Source: Spirochaetaceae bacterium
GTDB lineage: Bacteria > Spirochaetota > Spirochaetia > DSM-2461
Reading direction: 5' to 3'
Length of the DNA stretch: 64,000 nt
NCBI GenBank assembly: GCA_051531975.1
Contig: JAOPTT010000006.1
Location: 656 to 64,655, forward strand
Each line of letters begins with the position of its first letter. Positions within the stretch are counted from its first letter, which is position 1. Shown piece after piece: positions 53,713 through 63,977 of this stretch. Position numbers and translations under genes: made by a program. Under the pieces are notes generated by a model. The model made no database searches, had not been told where the DNA came from, and worked only from the letters and a program-made list of their open reading frames with translations.

Positions 53713-54872
53713 AAACAACAACTTTGTATAATAGACATAAAGAATTGAACGCTACATTTTCTGAGTTTGGTGGATATAATATGCCTTTATGGTATGGATC
53801 AGCAAAAGAGGAACATATCAGTGTTATTAAATCAGTAGGTCTTTTTGATACTAGCCACATGTCTGTATTTACAATTACTGGCCGAGATTCATTAAATTTA
53901 CTTAAAAGAGCATTTTCTAGGGATATTGATGAACTAAAAATTGGGAAGTCTGTTTATGGACTTTTTCAAAATAGTGAATTAGGTGTTATTGATGATACAC
54001 TTATATATCATTTGGAAAATTTAAGTTATATGGTTGTTGTAAATGCAGGGATGTCTGAAATAATTATATCCCATCTACTTTCATTCAAATTTAATGATAT
54101 AAAAATTGATAATTACACTGATAAGTTAGCAAAAATAGACATTCAAGGTCCTAAATCAATAAAAATAATGGAAAAACTCTTTGATTCAACACTGTTTGAT
54201 CTGTTCCCTTATTTTTCATTTAAAGGGAATTTTATTGATAGTGAAATAAAATTTAATAATCAACCTATTTTAATTTCAAGGTCCGGATATACAGGTGAGT
54301 TTGGTTTTGAACTATATGTCGATAGTAAGTGTGCTTCTGATCTATGGGATTCATTATTATTAAATGGTGAAGAATTTGACATTATACCCTGTGGGTTAGC
54401 TGCTAGGGATTCATTAAGGGTTGGTGCAGGTCTACCACTTTCTCACCAGGATATTGGAAATTGGAAGTTTTGTAACAATCCATGGAATTTTGCTGTAACA
54501 AATAGTGTTAAAAGCAGTGATAGTTATACATATGCCTACGTTGGATATGATGTAAGGAAACTACATGCAGAAAAAACTGGAAATGTAATATATCAATCAG
54601 ATAGTATAGGTGAGGTTTTAACATGTATATCAGAAGTATCTTTAACTAGAATTCAAGATACTGTTTTATCTGTAAACTCACCTGATCTTCCACATGACTA
54701 TAAAATAAAGGGTCTTGTTGCTGGATTTATTAAAGTTAATAGACCTCTAGATTATAACACAATAATATTTATTACAGATGGTAAAAGAGAACTTAAAGTA
54801 GAAGTTGTAGAGAGTATTAGACCTCATAGAACTGCTAGGAAATCGATAAAAAATATAAGGAGTTTTAAATGA
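53709..54872 (+). CDS. gcvT: Glycine cleavage system aminomethyltransferase T
   Basis: FGGYNMPLWY, LFDTSHM, SRSGYTGEFGFE, GLAARDSLR; GTG 53709 after AGGAG. Confidence 0.92.
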   Translation: MKTTTLYNRHKELNATFSEFGGYNMPLWYGSAKEEHISVIKSVGLFDTSHMSVFTITGRDSLNLLKRAFSRDIDELKIGKSVYGLFQNSELGVIDDTLIYHLENLSYMVVVNAGMSEIIISHLLSFKFNDIKIDNYTDKLAKIDIQGPKSIKIMEKLFDSTLFDLFPYFSFKGNFIDSEIKFNNQPILISRSGYTGEFGFELYVDSKCASDLWDSLLLNGEEFDIIPCGLAARDSLRVGAGLPLSHQDIGNWKFCNNPWNFAVTNSVKSSDSYTYAYVGYDVRKLHAEKTGNVIYQSDSIGEVLTCISEVSLTRIQDTVLSVNSPDLPHDYKIKGLVAGFIKVNRPLDYNTIIFITDGKRELKVEVVESIRPHRTARKSIKNIRSFK

Positions 54873-55213
54873 AATTTGCAAAAACACACGAATGGGTAAA
54901 AAAAGATGGAGATATCTTTTTAGTTGGTATATCTGATTTTGCACAAAAACAGTTAGGGGATATTGTATTTGTAGATTTTCCAGAAGTTGGTGATAATATA
55001 GATCAAGATGACTCATTAGGTGAATTAGAGTCATCTAAAGCTGTTTCTGAATTGAATATGCCATTTACAGGAGAAGTAATAGAGTTAAATGAAGAACTTG
55101 AAGACTCTCCAGAACTTATTAACTCCGACCCACATAAAACTTGGATTGTTAAAATTAGAGCTGAAAACCCAGAAGATTTTAATACATTATCTGATAAAGA
55201 AGAAACTCCGTGA
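54869..55213 (+). CDS. gcvH: Glycine cleavage system H protein
   Basis: HEWV, GISDFAQKQLGDIVFV, lipoyl Lys in ESSKAVSE. Confidence 0.95.
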   Translation: MKFAKTHEWVKKDGDIFLVGISDFAQKQLGDIVFVDFPEVGDNIDQDDSLGELESSKAVSELNMPFTGEVIELNEELEDSPELINSDPHKTWIVKIRAENPEDFNTLSDKEETP

Positions 55214-56499
55214 GGTACCTATCCCATACTGCTAATGATATCTCAAAAATGTTAGCAGTAATTGGTAAGGAATCAATATACGATCTGTTTGATCACATAC
55301 CTGATGATGTTAAAATTACTGAGGATTTAAAACTTCCTACAGAATTATCAGAGTGGGAATTAGAGGAACATCTAAATGATTTAGCACAAAAAAATATTAA
55401 TAAAAAATCATATTTAGGTGGAGGAAGTTATAATCACTATATACCAAATATTATCCAATATTTAACTTCAAGGTCAGAGTTTTTAACGTCTTATACACCT
55501 TATCAGCCAGAAATATCCCAAGGTACATTGCAATCTCTTTTTGAATTTCAGACATACGTCTCTAATTATCTTGGAATGGATTATAGTAATGCATCTATGT
55601 ATGACGGTGCGACTAGTTTTGCTGAGGCAGTATTGTTATCAACTAGGGTTACCAAAAGAAAAAAAATTGTTGTTTCGAAGGCTATTAATCCAAAATATAT
55701 TGATGTATTAAAAACATATGTTACTAGTTTAGGTATAGAGATAATTTATTTAGATTATAACAAGCATGGAGAAACAGATCTAACTAATATGCCAGATCTG
55801 TCTGATGTTGCATCAATATCAATACAATCTCCTAACTATTTTGGTGTAATAGAAAAACAAGAGCTTATTAAACCAATTATCAAAACTGAAAAAACACTTT
55901 TTATATCGTTATTTTCTGAAATTTTATCATACGGGCTGTTTAAACCTCCTGGAGAATTTGCAGCAGATATTGCGTGTGGAGAGGGTCAGAGTTTTGGTAT
56001 AAATCAAAGTTTTGGTGGCCCATCCCTTGGGATATTTGCATTTAATAAAAAGTACTTAAGAAATGTTCCAGGAAGACTTGTTGGACAGAGTATTGATATA
56101 AATGAACAACGTAGTTTTTCATTAACATTGGCTACTCGTGAACAGCATATCAGACGAGATAAAGCTACAAGTAATATATGTTCAAATCAAGGTCTTTGTA
56201 CATTATCCGCAATTATCTATATGTCTTTATTAGGTGGTAATGGACTTAATGAGTTGGCAAAAGTAAATTACCAGAATAGTAGTTATTTAAAGAGTGCTTT
56301 AATAGATGCTGGGTATGAAATAATTTTTAGTAGTGAAACATTTAATGAGTTTGTTGTTAAATCTAAAAAAATATTACCAGGTATAAGTCTGGAGAGTACT
56401 TATCCAGAATTAAAGGACTGTTATTTAATAACAGTAACAGAGGTTTTTAATAAAACTGAATTAGATATGTTTATATCAGACTTAGGAGGTAATGTATGA
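55210..56499 (+). CDS. gcvPA: Glycine dehydrogenase subunit 1
   Basis: TSYTPYQPEISQG, NASMYDG, TREQHIRRDKATSNICSNQ. Confidence 0.95.
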   Translation: MRYLSHTANDISKMLAVIGKESIYDLFDHIPDDVKITEDLKLPTELSEWELEEHLNDLAQKNINKKSYLGGGSYNHYIPNIIQYLTSRSEFLTSYTPYQPEISQGTLQSLFEFQTYVSNYLGMDYSNASMYDGATSFAEAVLLSTRVTKRKKIVVSKAINPKYIDVLKTYVTSLGIEIIYLDYNKHGETDLTNMPDLSDVASISIQSPNYFGVIEKQELIKPIIKTEKTLFISLFSEILSYGLFKPPGEFAADIACGEGQSFGINQSFGGPSLGIFAFNKKYLRNVPGRLVGQSIDINEQRSFSLTLATREQHIRRDKATSNICSNQGLCTLSAIIYMSLLGGNGLNELAKVNYQNSSYLKSALIDAGYEIIFSSETFNEFVVKSKKILPGISLESTYPELKDCYLITVTEVFNKTELDMFISDLGGNV

Positions 56500-57935
56500 T
56501 CTATGATGAACCTCTATTATGGGAAAAATCAGATGGATTAGGTTTAGGTTTTTCAATGCCAACACCGGTAGAGAATAGTACTTTACCAGATTCAAAATAT
56601 CTCAGAGGAAATATTAATTTACCAGGTTTTAGTGAACCTGAGGTTAGTAGACATTTTACAAGGTTATCTACCTGGAATTATGGGTTAGATACCGATATTT
56701 ACCCTTTAGGATCTTGTACAATGAAATATAATCCTAAAATACACGAGAAACTCGCTTCAATTAGTGGTTTTACAAAAAATCACCCATTACAATCAGATGA
56801 AACTTCCCAGGGTTCCTTAGAGATTTTATATAAAACTGGTGAATATTTAAAAGAAATTACAGGAATGGATGATGTTACTCTTCAACCTGCTGCTGGTGCA
56901 CATGGTGAATTAGTTGCTATGTTAATGTTTAAAAAATATCATGAATCCCGGGGTGAAAATAGAGATACTATATTAATACCTGATTCTGCCCATGGAACCA
57001 ATCCTGCATCCGCTTCTTTATGTGGTTTTAAAGTTAAGGTTATTCCTTCAAATAAGGATGGTATATTAACTCCTAATGCTGTTAAAAATCTTATGGATGA
57101 AACTGTGGCAGGTATTATGATTACAAATCCAAATACTTTAGGTATATTTGAAATTCATATAAAAGAGATAGCAGAAATCATTCATGCTGGCGGTGGTTTA
57201 GTTTATGCCGATGGCGCAAACTTAAACGCTATAATGGGCATTGTAAAAATGGGGGATACAGGGGTTGATGCGATGCATCTTAATCTACATAAAACATTTT
57301 CAACTCCCCATGGAGGAGGAGGTCCTGGAGCAGGTCCTGTTTGTGTAAAAAAACATCTTTCTGAGTATCTTCCTCTACCAAGAGTGATATATAAAAATAA
57401 TAAATATAGTCTAGAATATAATTATAAAAATTCTATAGGAAAGGTTCATGGATTTTATGGTAATTTTAGTGTCATTTTAAAAGCCTATTGTTACATTTTA
57501 TCTATGGGAGCGACTGGTCTTAAAAATACCAGTTTATATGCTGTTTTAAATGCTAATTATATTAGGGCGAGTATAAAAGATTTTTATCATTTACCATATG
57601 AATCAGCTTCAATGCACGAAGTTCTATTTACTGACTTAAAACAAGTTGATTCTGGTGTTAATACTTTGGATATTGCTAAAAGATTAATCGAGAATGGAAT
57701 ACATCCTCCTACTATATATTTTCCATTAGTAGTTAGTGGAGCAATGTTAATGGAACCAACAGAAACAGAATCTTTAACATCATTAGACAATTTTATAAAG
57801 ATATTAATTAATACAGCTTCTGAAGCAAAAACAGATCCAAAAAAATTGCATAATGCTCCAACAAATTGTAAAAGAAATAGAGTTAATGAAACATTAGCAG
57901 CAAGAAATCCAATTTTAAAGGGAGAAGTTCTATAA
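56496..57935 (+). CDS. gcvPB: Glycine dehydrogenase subunit 2
   Basis: YPLGSCTMKYNP, HGTNPAS, PLP Lys in HLNLHKTFSTPHGGGGPG. Confidence 0.95.
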   Translation: MIYDEPLLWEKSDGLGLGFSMPTPVENSTLPDSKYLRGNINLPGFSEPEVSRHFTRLSTWNYGLDTDIYPLGSCTMKYNPKIHEKLASISGFTKNHPLQSDETSQGSLEILYKTGEYLKEITGMDDVTLQPAAGAHGELVAMLMFKKYHESRGENRDTILIPDSAHGTNPASASLCGFKVKVIPSNKDGILTPNAVKNLMDETVAGIMITNPNTLGIFEIHIKEIAEIIHAGGGLVYADGANLNAIMGIVKMGDTGVDAMHLNLHKTFSTPHGGGGPGAGPVCVKKHLSEYLPLPRVIYKNNKYSLEYNYKNSIGKVHGFYGNFSVILKAYCYILSMGATGLKNTSLYAVLNANYIRASIKDFYHLPYESASMHEVLFTDLKQVDSGVNTLDIAKRLIENGIHPPTIYFPLVVSGAMLMEPTETESLTSLDNFIKILINTASEAKTDPKKLHNAPTNCKRNRVNETLAARNPILKGEVL

Positions 57936-58033
57936 TTTCCAAGAAGTTAGATCCTGTATTATTAAATTATAAAAAGTCTATTAGACATCTGTATAATTTG
58001 ATAGTATAGGTCAATCTTTATATTGGAGTAATT

Positions 58034-58741
58034 ATGAATTTAGAAGTTGATGTACATACACATACCACTGCAAGTGGACACGCTTATTCATCTTTAAATG
58101 AAATGGCTGAGGCTGCATCTAAAAAGGATATTAAAATAATGGGTACTACTGATCACGGTCCCAAAATGCCTGGTGGTGCTCATCTATATCATTTTCATAA
58201 TATAAGAGTAATCCCTGAGTTTATTTCAGGTGTTCGTATATTAAAAGGAATAGAAGCAAATATAATAGATTTTAAAGGTGGATTAGATGCTCCTGTTGAA
58301 CTATTAAAAGAGATGGAACTTGTAATCGCAAGTTTCCATGGCCCATGTATTGAACCAGCTGGAATCACAAAGACTACTGATGCGCTATTAAAATTAATGG
58401 AAAATAGATATGTAAATATAATAGGTCATCCAGAGGATAGAAGATTTAAATTTGATCTTGAAAGTGTCGTTTCTAGTTCTAAAACAAATAAAACTCTTTT
58501 AGAAGTTAACAATAGTTCTTTATTACCAACAACTTTTAGAGAAGATAGTAGAAATGGAATTATATCTATATTAGAAGAGTGTGGAAGACAAAGTGTGCAA
58601 GTTGTATTTGGTTCAGATGCACATCATACATCAAGTGTTGGAAGATTTGATATGGTTAAGGCATTGATAAAAGAAATTGGATTCCCTGAATCACTTATAA
58701 TTAATAGATCTAGTTCTGAATTTTTAAAATATATAACATAA
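58034..58741 (+). CDS. PHP family phosphatase (YcdX-like)
   Basis: DVHTHTTASGHAYS, TDHGP, GIEAN, GSDAH. Confidence 0.88.
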   Translation: MNLEVDVHTHTTASGHAYSSLNEMAEAASKKDIKIMGTTDHGPKMPGGAHLYHFHNIRVIPEFISGVRILKGIEANIIDFKGGLDAPVELLKEMELVIASFHGPCIEPAGITKTTDALLKLMENRYVNIIGHPEDRRFKFDLESVVSSSKTNKTLLEVNNSSLLPTTFREDSRNGIISILEECGRQSVQVVFGSDAHHTSSVGRFDMVKALIKEIGFPESLIINRSSSEFLKYIT

Positions 58742-58794
58742 GGTATAAAAATAAGTTGATTAAATATAATATCAACCTATAATAAAAGAAATTA

Positions 58795-60741
58795 ATGCTA
58801 AAAAGAACTCTACTTGCAATTTTATTAATAACAATCTCTCTTTGTCTCTTTTCAAATGTTGAAAAAGGAGTAATTGATCTTTCGAATTACGATTTTAATA
58901 CCGATGAACCTTTAGACCTTTCAGGAGAGTGGATATTAAAACAGGATAATAGAAATGATATATTTTCTAATGTACCTGGTGGCTGGATAGGTCACAAAGG
59001 TGAAGTAACTTACATAATAAATATAATTAGTAGTGGAGCTAAACGTCTAATTATTGCACCATCTCAAATAAATTCAAAATATAAACTTTTTCATAATGGA
59101 ATACAGATTGCTAGCGATGATCAAAATAGACCAAGATATATTCCAATTGAACTAATAAATGGAATTAACAAATTAGAATTTAATATTACAAATTATACCG
59201 ATGTATTTAGTGGGTTTAGAAATCACCCTTATATTGGGAACTTTAATACTATGATGAGAAAACATGAGAGGAATATTTTAAAAGATACCTTTTTTAGTGG
59301 TGCCTCATTTATTATGTTTATCTTTTTTGTAGTACTTTTTCTACATTATAAAAAAGATAGGTCTATGTTATATTTTGCCTTAATATGTATTAATTTTGCA
59401 GTTAGGAGTTTTGTTACAAATGATAAAGTTATATTTTATTATTTACCTAATTTGTCCTACGATATATGCAATAAACTTGAATACTTAACCATTTATATTC
59501 TTCCTTTATTACTTCTTCTGTTTCTTTATAATTATTTTAAAAAGGCTAAAAAAGATAAGTTATTTTTAATTTTTACAATTATCTCTATTGTATATCCATT
59601 GTCAGCGCTACTATTTACACCAGCACTATATATGAAGTTATCTATCTCTTTTTATATATATATATGTATTTTTTCAGTTTATATAATAATCAAATTAGTC
59701 TTTTATACTATCAATAGATATCGTGACTCTTTAAAGTTATCAGTAAGTCTGTTATGCCTATGTTTTGCAGGAATTTATGATATTAATATTATCTTTAACA
59801 GTTCTTCTGTAACTCTCATTTTACCTGGTTCAATGATTATTTTTATCATGTTTATGTCTTTTATAGTATCAAAAAGAGAGATTGATAATACAAAACAAAT
59901 TGAAAAATTATCATCTGAGACTCTTAAAGTAAATAAATACTTAAGTAAATTTGTTCCAAATCATTTTATTGAAACAGTTGGTATGGGTAATATATTAGAA
60001 ATAAAAAAAGGTGATGGTATGGAGAAGGATATGACAGTTCTTTTTGCTAGTATCAAAAATTTTAAAAAAGACTTAAAGCTATATAATCCAGAAGAGAGTG
60101 TAGAACTACTAAATAGATGCTTTTCAGTTATATCACCAATAATTTCAAGTAATAATGGGTTTATTGATAAATTTATTGATGAAACATTAATGGCTGTATT
60201 CCCCGGAAAACCTGAAGATGCTATCGATGCAATAATACAGATAAACATAGAGTTGAAAATGTATAATAGCTCTAATAGTGAGGATCGACCAATTGAGATA
60301 AGATCTGGAATACATATAGGTAAACAATTTATTGGAATAGTTGGGGATGATAAAAGAGTAGATGCAACAGTAATATCAAAAGTTGTTAATACCGCTAGTC
60401 GTATTAATTCATTTACAAATAAAATTGATAGAAATATTTTAATAAGTGATGATGTATATCAACGTTTATCAAATAAAAATGGATATGAAACTAAGTTTAT
60501 GGGAAAGGTTAAACTAAAAGGAAATAAAAATTTCATCGGAATTCATTGTATATATATTGATGATATGGATGAGGCTGATAATCTTTTTAGTATGACAATG
60601 ACCAGACTAGGTAATAGTAGTTTAGATAAAATAGAGAATGTTTTACTAAATATTAAAAGTATGTACAAAGATCATACGCCTTCTTTATATTACTTAGAAT
60701 TAATTCAAAGAAATAAAACATTGGAGGATATAGAAAAATGA
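58795..60741 (+). CDS. Membrane (7TM-DISM-like) class III nucleotide cyclase subunit lacking the metal-binding Asp residues
   Basis: Signal peptide, extracellular domain, multiple TM helices, KFVP, VLFASIKNF, IDKFIDE, GIHIG, TVISKVVNTASRI. Confidence 0.85.
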   Translation: MLKRTLLAILLITISLCLFSNVEKGVIDLSNYDFNTDEPLDLSGEWILKQDNRNDIFSNVPGGWIGHKGEVTYIINIISSGAKRLIIAPSQINSKYKLFHNGIQIASDDQNRPRYIPIELINGINKLEFNITNYTDVFSGFRNHPYIGNFNTMMRKHERNILKDTFFSGASFIMFIFFVVLFLHYKKDRSMLYFALICINFAVRSFVTNDKVIFYYLPNLSYDICNKLEYLTIYILPLLLLLFLYNYFKKAKKDKLFLIFTIISIVYPLSALLFTPALYMKLSISFYIYICIFSVYIIIKLVFYTINRYRDSLKLSVSLLCLCFAGIYDINIIFNSSSVTLILPGSMIIFIMFMSFIVSKREIDNTKQIEKLSSETLKVNKYLSKFVPNHFIETVGMGNILEIKKGDGMEKDMTVLFASIKNFKKDLKLYNPEESVELLNRCFSVISPIISSNNGFIDKFIDETLMAVFPGKPEDAIDAIIQINIELKMYNSSNSEDRPIEIRSGIHIGKQFIGIVGDDKRVDATVISKVVNTASRINSFTNKIDRNILISDDVYQRLSNKNGYETKFMGKVKLKGNKNFIGIHCIYIDDMDEADNLFSMTMTRLGNSSLDKIENVLLNIKSMYKDHTPSLYYLELIQRNKTLEDIEK

Positions 60742-62717
60742 TAAAAAAAATCCTCTATATTTTATTACTGTTGTTACTATATTCATGTAATGTTAATAAA
60801 AATATTGTTGAAGTTAATGGGAAATGGGAACTATATAACAACAAATTTATATTATCTGAACCATCTAATACAGTAGAATTACCTGATTCTAAACTCTATT
60901 TCTCTGGATCAAATAAAGAAATAGCAACAAATAAAAATTATGAGTTTGGATCTATAAAACAGAAATTAAATGTTATACCTAATAATAACTATTCACTTTA
61001 TTTTTCCGGAGTACATTCCGCTTCGAAGATATGGATAGATGGTGAACTCTTAGGTGAATTTGGTACTATTGGAAAAACTTTAAATAGTTCTGAACCTGAT
61101 ATTAGACGAGGGTTAATCAATTTTACTCCCCAAAAGAAATCGGTGGATTTAGTAATTGAATTTTCTCATTTCTATTTCAATACTAAATATCTATTTAAAT
61201 GGATTGTTTTAGGTAATACATCAGATATCGTAAGGTTATATATAAAAAGTCAAAGTAAAGATTATATAACCTTTGGTTTATTAATAATTTGCTCATTTTT
61301 GTTTTTATTAATTTATATTATAAACCGCAAAAACTCATACAATTTATTTTTATCTCTTTTTTCTATCTCTTATGGCTTAAGATCTTTTTTAATGAAAAAT
61401 ACAACTCTTTATTACATGATTCCATCACTTAAGTGGGAATATATTTATATGATAACAAAAGCCAGTGAACTATGGGCATTGTCTTTTATATTACTATTTT
61501 TTCGATCTTTGTTTCCTGAAGAACTAGATAATATTGTAACCAAAATTATAGTCTCAGCTACATTGGTTATGTCACTACTAACTTTTATCCCTCTTGAATA
61601 TTTTAATAAACATAATGTTCTGCTAGTTTTTCATATTTTAGTATTAATTTCAGGTGTTTATATTATATCTAGGTTATTAAAAACTGTACAAAAATATCGA
61701 AGTTATGCCGTTCCTGCAATGATTACAGTAATATTTTTCTTTTCAACTATAGTTTTCGACATTTTTGCGAGTAGAATAATGGTAATATTTGATTATTATA
61801 GTGCTCAATTTGTTTTTCTTCTAATTATAACAATGTTTCTAATGATAGGTAAAAACAGATCTGATACAAGTCGAAGTGTGGCTCACAAGCAAAAAATGAA
61901 TTTGTTAACAAGAGAAACTTTCTCAAAGTTTGTTCCAATTGAAATTCTAAGTAGAGTTAACAATAGTCAGTTAATAGATAGACCTCCTGGTGATTTTATT
62001 CTTGAAGCAATAACAATGGTTTACATCGATATCAGAGATTTTACTAAATTATCAGAAGGTTTATCTCCAACAGACAATTTTAAATTGATAAACGATTTTT
62101 ATTCTATTGTAGGAGAACATGTAAACAGTAATCATGGGTATATAGAATCTTATGGTGGGGATGGTGTTAAGGCTATTTTTTCAGATAATCCATTAGATGC
62201 TATTAATACAACACTAAATATTAGTAGAGATGTTGCAAAAAGTTCAGGTATAAAAATTGGTATGTCTATACATTTTGGTAAAGTTGTATTAGGTACAATT
62301 GGTGGGAAAAATAGAATCCAAGCAACAGCTATATCTGAAGTAACAAGAATTTTAGGAGTTATGGATAATTTTAATTCAAAAATGGGTATAGAAATACTTA
62401 TTACTGAAGTTATATATAAAAGTTCAAATATTCATTATCAAAAAACAATATATTTAGGTCCAGTTATATTAAAGGATGAAGAAGAACCGGTTAATCTATA
62501 TCAAGTTATTCCAGATGATTTTCATATTGATCCATTATTTAGAGAATCTTTCTCCGATGCAGTGGATATGATTCAAAAAAAGAGTTATTCAAAAGCTTTA
62601 AGTATCTTTTATTTAGCTCAGCGATATAATCCAACTCATTTACTTACAAAATACTATGTTAAGCAACTGGAAAATTTTGTTAAATTAGATCAGTTAACCT
62701 TTACTCTAAAGCTTTAG
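60738..62717 (+). CDS. Membrane (7TM-DISM-like) class III nucleotide cyclase subunit lacking the Lys/Asn/Arg residues
   Basis: Lipobox-like LYSC, multiple TM helices, KFVP, VYIDIRDFT, IESYGGDG, SIHFG, TAISEVTRILGV, TPR-like tail. Confidence 0.85.
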   Translation: MIKKILYILLLLLLYSCNVNKNIVEVNGKWELYNNKFILSEPSNTVELPDSKLYFSGSNKEIATNKNYEFGSIKQKLNVIPNNNYSLYFSGVHSASKIWIDGELLGEFGTIGKTLNSSEPDIRRGLINFTPQKKSVDLVIEFSHFYFNTKYLFKWIVLGNTSDIVRLYIKSQSKDYITFGLLIICSFLFLLIYIINRKNSYNLFLSLFSISYGLRSFLMKNTTLYYMIPSLKWEYIYMITKASELWALSFILLFFRSLFPEELDNIVTKIIVSATLVMSLLTFIPLEYFNKHNVLLVFHILVLISGVYIISRLLKTVQKYRSYAVPAMITVIFFFSTIVFDIFASRIMVIFDYYSAQFVFLLIITMFLMIGKNRSDTSRSVAHKQKMNLLTRETFSKFVPIEILSRVNNSQLIDRPPGDFILEAITMVYIDIRDFTKLSEGLSPTDNFKLINDFYSIVGEHVNSNHGYIESYGGDGVKAIFSDNPLDAINTTLNISRDVAKSSGIKIGMSIHFGKVVLGTIGGKNRIQATAISEVTRILGVMDNFNSKMGIEILITEVIYKSSNIHYQKTIYLGPVILKDEEEPVNLYQVIPDDFHIDPLFRESFSDAVDMIQKKSYSKALSIFYLAQRYNPTHLLTKYYVKQLENFVKLDQLTFTLKL

Positions 62718-62722
62718 TTCTG

Positions 62723-62751
62723 TTGACAGATAAAATCTTACTGTGTAAACT
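62723..62751 (+). promoter_or_regulatory. sigma70 promoter of yebC-ruvC-ruvA
   Basis: TTGACA-N17-TAAACT. Confidence 0.65.
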
Positions 62752-62780
62752 TTTGAAACAATTAAGATTAAGGAGTCTGC

Positions 62781-63494
62781 ATGTCAGGACATAGTAAATG
62801 GGCAACTATTAAACATAAAAAAGGTGCACTCGATGCAAAACGAGGTAAGATATTTTGTAAAATTATAAAAGAGATTACTGTTGCTGCAAGAATGGGTGGT
62901 GGGGATGCTGAAACAAATCCTAGATTAAGGACTTCTTTGTTAAAAGCAAAAGCTGCAAATATGCCAAAAGATAACATTGCTAGAGCAATTAAAAAGGGTT
63001 GTGGTGAAACTGATGGTGCAATCTTTATGGAACTTGTTTATGAAGGTTATGGTCAAGGTGGAGTTGGTCTTATTATTGAGGCTCTTACAGATAATAAAAA
63101 TAGAACAAGTGCCGATGTTAAATCTATTTTAACAAAAGGTGGAGGTCAAATTGCAACACCAGGAGCTGTTTCTTATCAGTTTAATAGAAAAGGTGTTCTA
63201 ACATACGATTTAGAAGCAACTGATTTTGACGCAATTTTTGAAACAGCACTTGAAGCTGGAGCTGAAGATGTTACAAATGAGGGAGTAATTGAAGTAATTA
63301 CAGAACCTGGAGACTTTGAAAATGTATTAAATGCATTAGAAGAAGCTAACTTCGCTCATCTAGGTGCAGAGATTACAATGGTTCCAGATGCAACTATAGA
63401 ACTCAACGAAGAGAAAACTGAAAAGCTACTATCTCTTATTGATAAGCTAGAAGATCACGAAGATATACAAAATGTATCTTCAAACCTTGCCTAA
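62781..63494 (+). CDS. yebC: YebC/PmpR family protein
   Basis: MSGHSKWATIKHKKGALDAKRGK, YEGYG, TDNKNRT. Confidence 0.95.
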   Translation: MSGHSKWATIKHKKGALDAKRGKIFCKIIKEITVAARMGGGDAETNPRLRTSLLKAKAANMPKDNIARAIKKGCGETDGAIFMELVYEGYGQGGVGLIIEALTDNKNRTSADVKSILTKGGGQIATPGAVSYQFNRKGVLTYDLEATDFDAIFETALEAGAEDVTNEGVIEVITEPGDFENVLNALEEANFAHLGAEITMVPDATIELNEEKTEKLLSLIDKLEDHEDIQNVSSNLA

Positions 63495-63977
63495 GTGGTA
63501 AGAGTTATAGGTATAGACCCTGGCCTTGCTAATACAGGTTGGGGTATTATAGAAACCGATGGAATTAGATTTAGATATCTAGCCCATGGTACAATTGAAA
63601 CAAAAAGTGAATTAAAATCTACAATTCGACTAAAAGAGATATATAGCCAGTTACAGGAAGTTATAGTAGAGTATAAGCCAACACATTCAGGTGTTGAGAC
63701 TCTATATTTTGCAAAAAATGTTTCATCGGCACTGCCTGTTGCTCAAGCAAGAGGTGTTCAGCTTTTAACCCTGGGTAATAATGGTATTATAACAGGGGAG
63801 TATACTCCTATTCAGATTAAACAAGCAGTTGTTGGTAATGGTCGAGCAACAAAAAAACAGGTTCAGGAAATGGTAAAGTTATTATTAAAACTTAAATCTA
63901 TTCCAAAACCTGATCATGCCGCTGATGCTTTAGCTGCGGCAATATGCCATGTGCATAGTGTGAGGGTAAATGTATAA
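63495..63977 (+). CDS. ruvC: Holliday junction resolvase RuvC
   Basis: IGIDPG, VETLYF, QARGV, PDHAADALA. Confidence 0.95.
   Translation: MVRVIGIDPGLANTGWGIIETDGIRFRYLAHGTIETKSELKSTIRLKEIYSQLQEVIVEYKPTHSGVETLYFAKNVSSALPVAQARGVQLLTLGNNGIITGEYTPIQIKQAVVGNGRATKKQVQEMVKLLLKLKSIPKPDHAADALAAAICHVHSVRVNV

Noticed and set aside
58795..62717. Cyclase genes as decaying pseudogenes
   Set aside because: Both ORFs are intact and coupled, and their losses are precisely complementary rather than random.
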